From: Octopus sinensis
Lineage: Eukaryota
Length of the DNA stretch: 64,000 bases
Direction of reading: 5' to 3'
NCBI RefSeq assembly: GCF_006345805.1
Contig: NC_042997.1
Span: forward strand, 14,198,001 to 14,262,000
The position numbers and the translations under genes were made by a program. The stretch's first letter is position 1. The number at the start of each line of letters is the position of its first letter. Positions 62,964-64,000 of the stretch are shown in pieces. Under the pieces are notes generated by a model. The model saw only the letters and a program-made list of their open reading frames with translations. It ran no database searches and was not told the DNA's origin.

Positions 62964-64000
62964 TCTCAGTTCAATTCAGGAGAATATTTATATTGACAGG
63001 CATAAAAATATAGAAAAACTCATAGAATTCCAGAAAATTTTAAACGGACTGGACGTAAACATCCAATTCACGATGGAATATAGCCAACAACAACTCCCCT
63101 TCCTCGATATCCTCATTAAGAAAGCTAATAATATAATAGAAACAGACATATACTATAAGCCTACAGACTCTAAGCAATATTTCCATTCAATTCATGCCAC
63201 CCCAGACACACCAGGATGAATATCCCCTTCAATCTAGCAAAAAGGATATGCACTATAGTCTCTAACGCAAACACCAGAGACACACGACTACAAGAACTAA
63301 AAGATACCCTAATCACAGGAACTATCCACCTTCACTTATTGACAAATGCATTCAACGTGCCTTCAACTTAACATCAAGGAACTGAGACATCCCAAATCAA
63401 AGAAAAACTTACAACCAAACCTTACCATACATCTCCACACACAACCCTCTCATAACGAAGCCTTCGACACCATCCTCCACAACATACCCCTCCTAAAAAA
63501 AGACCACAGAATGAACACAATCCTCCAAACACCACGATCATAAAAAGCAAAAGACAGCCTAGATCTATGAAAGTCTCCTTACACAAGCCCGAATTCACTC
63601 TTCAACACAGAGAGCCGACTAAAAAAATGTGGAAGACCCAATTGCGGGATATGCGACTATCTAATCGAGGGTTCTGAGTTCTCCTTCAAACAGGGACAAC
63701 GTTTTACAGTGAAAAGCAACTTCACATGTGCTCGGAGAACCTAATATACTCACTAACCTGCTCCGGGTGTCAAGAGCAGTACATAGGCCAAACAAAAAAT
63801 GGTTTGCGTAAACGAATGGCCCTGCACAGATCCAGATAAAAATTCCCCAAAACAGAAAAATAGCTTTTAGCCAACACATAGATACTTGCGCCAACAAAAA
63901 ACACCAACTTCAGAATTCCCCCCTACCAATTTAGGGACGATACAACTCGAGACACGAATAAGTAAAGAAAATCTCTTTATTACAAAATACAAGCCACTTC
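62964..64000 (+). mobile_element. Penelope-like element, RT C-terminus + GIY-YIG endonuclease (frameshifted, runs off window end)
   Basis: NIQFTMEYS..QLPFLDILI....IETDIYYKPTDSKQY and NIPFNLAKRICTIVS (PLE RT thumb region); a CGRPNCGIC linker; NLIYSLTCSGCQEQYIGQTKNGLRKRMALH (GIY-YIG) at about 63738-63830. Confidence 0.9.

Overview
AT-rich, repeat-dense metazoan genomic DNA. The SINE/LINE/MITE content and microsatellite load look like a coleoid cephalopod (Octopus-like); this taxon call is inference. One protein-coding gene can be fully reconstructed: a minus-strand SNRPB (SmB/B') orthologue with 5 coding exons (58680-58682, 52763-53026, 47072-47315, 28914-29024, 23140-23180; 663 nt, 220 aa + stop). 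All its introns are GT-AG with matching phases. The rest is tRNA-derived SINEs (including CORE-type SINE concatemers), RTE and CR1/Jockey-type LINE fragments, piggyBac/hAT/pogo MITEs, two non-autonomous Helitrons, a 51-bp minisatellite and a Penelope-like element. Best leads: (1) a minimal type I hammerhead ribozyme with a U3-A8 core variant in the inverted terminal segment of the Penelope element; (2) this SNRPB lacks the intron that carries the vertebrate autoregulatory poison exon, but has several candidate cryptic or poison exons elsewhere; (3) a CpG-decay domain that covers the gene body and extends about 7 kb past its stop codon. Most long ORFs in the supplied track are microsatellite or SINE artefacts.
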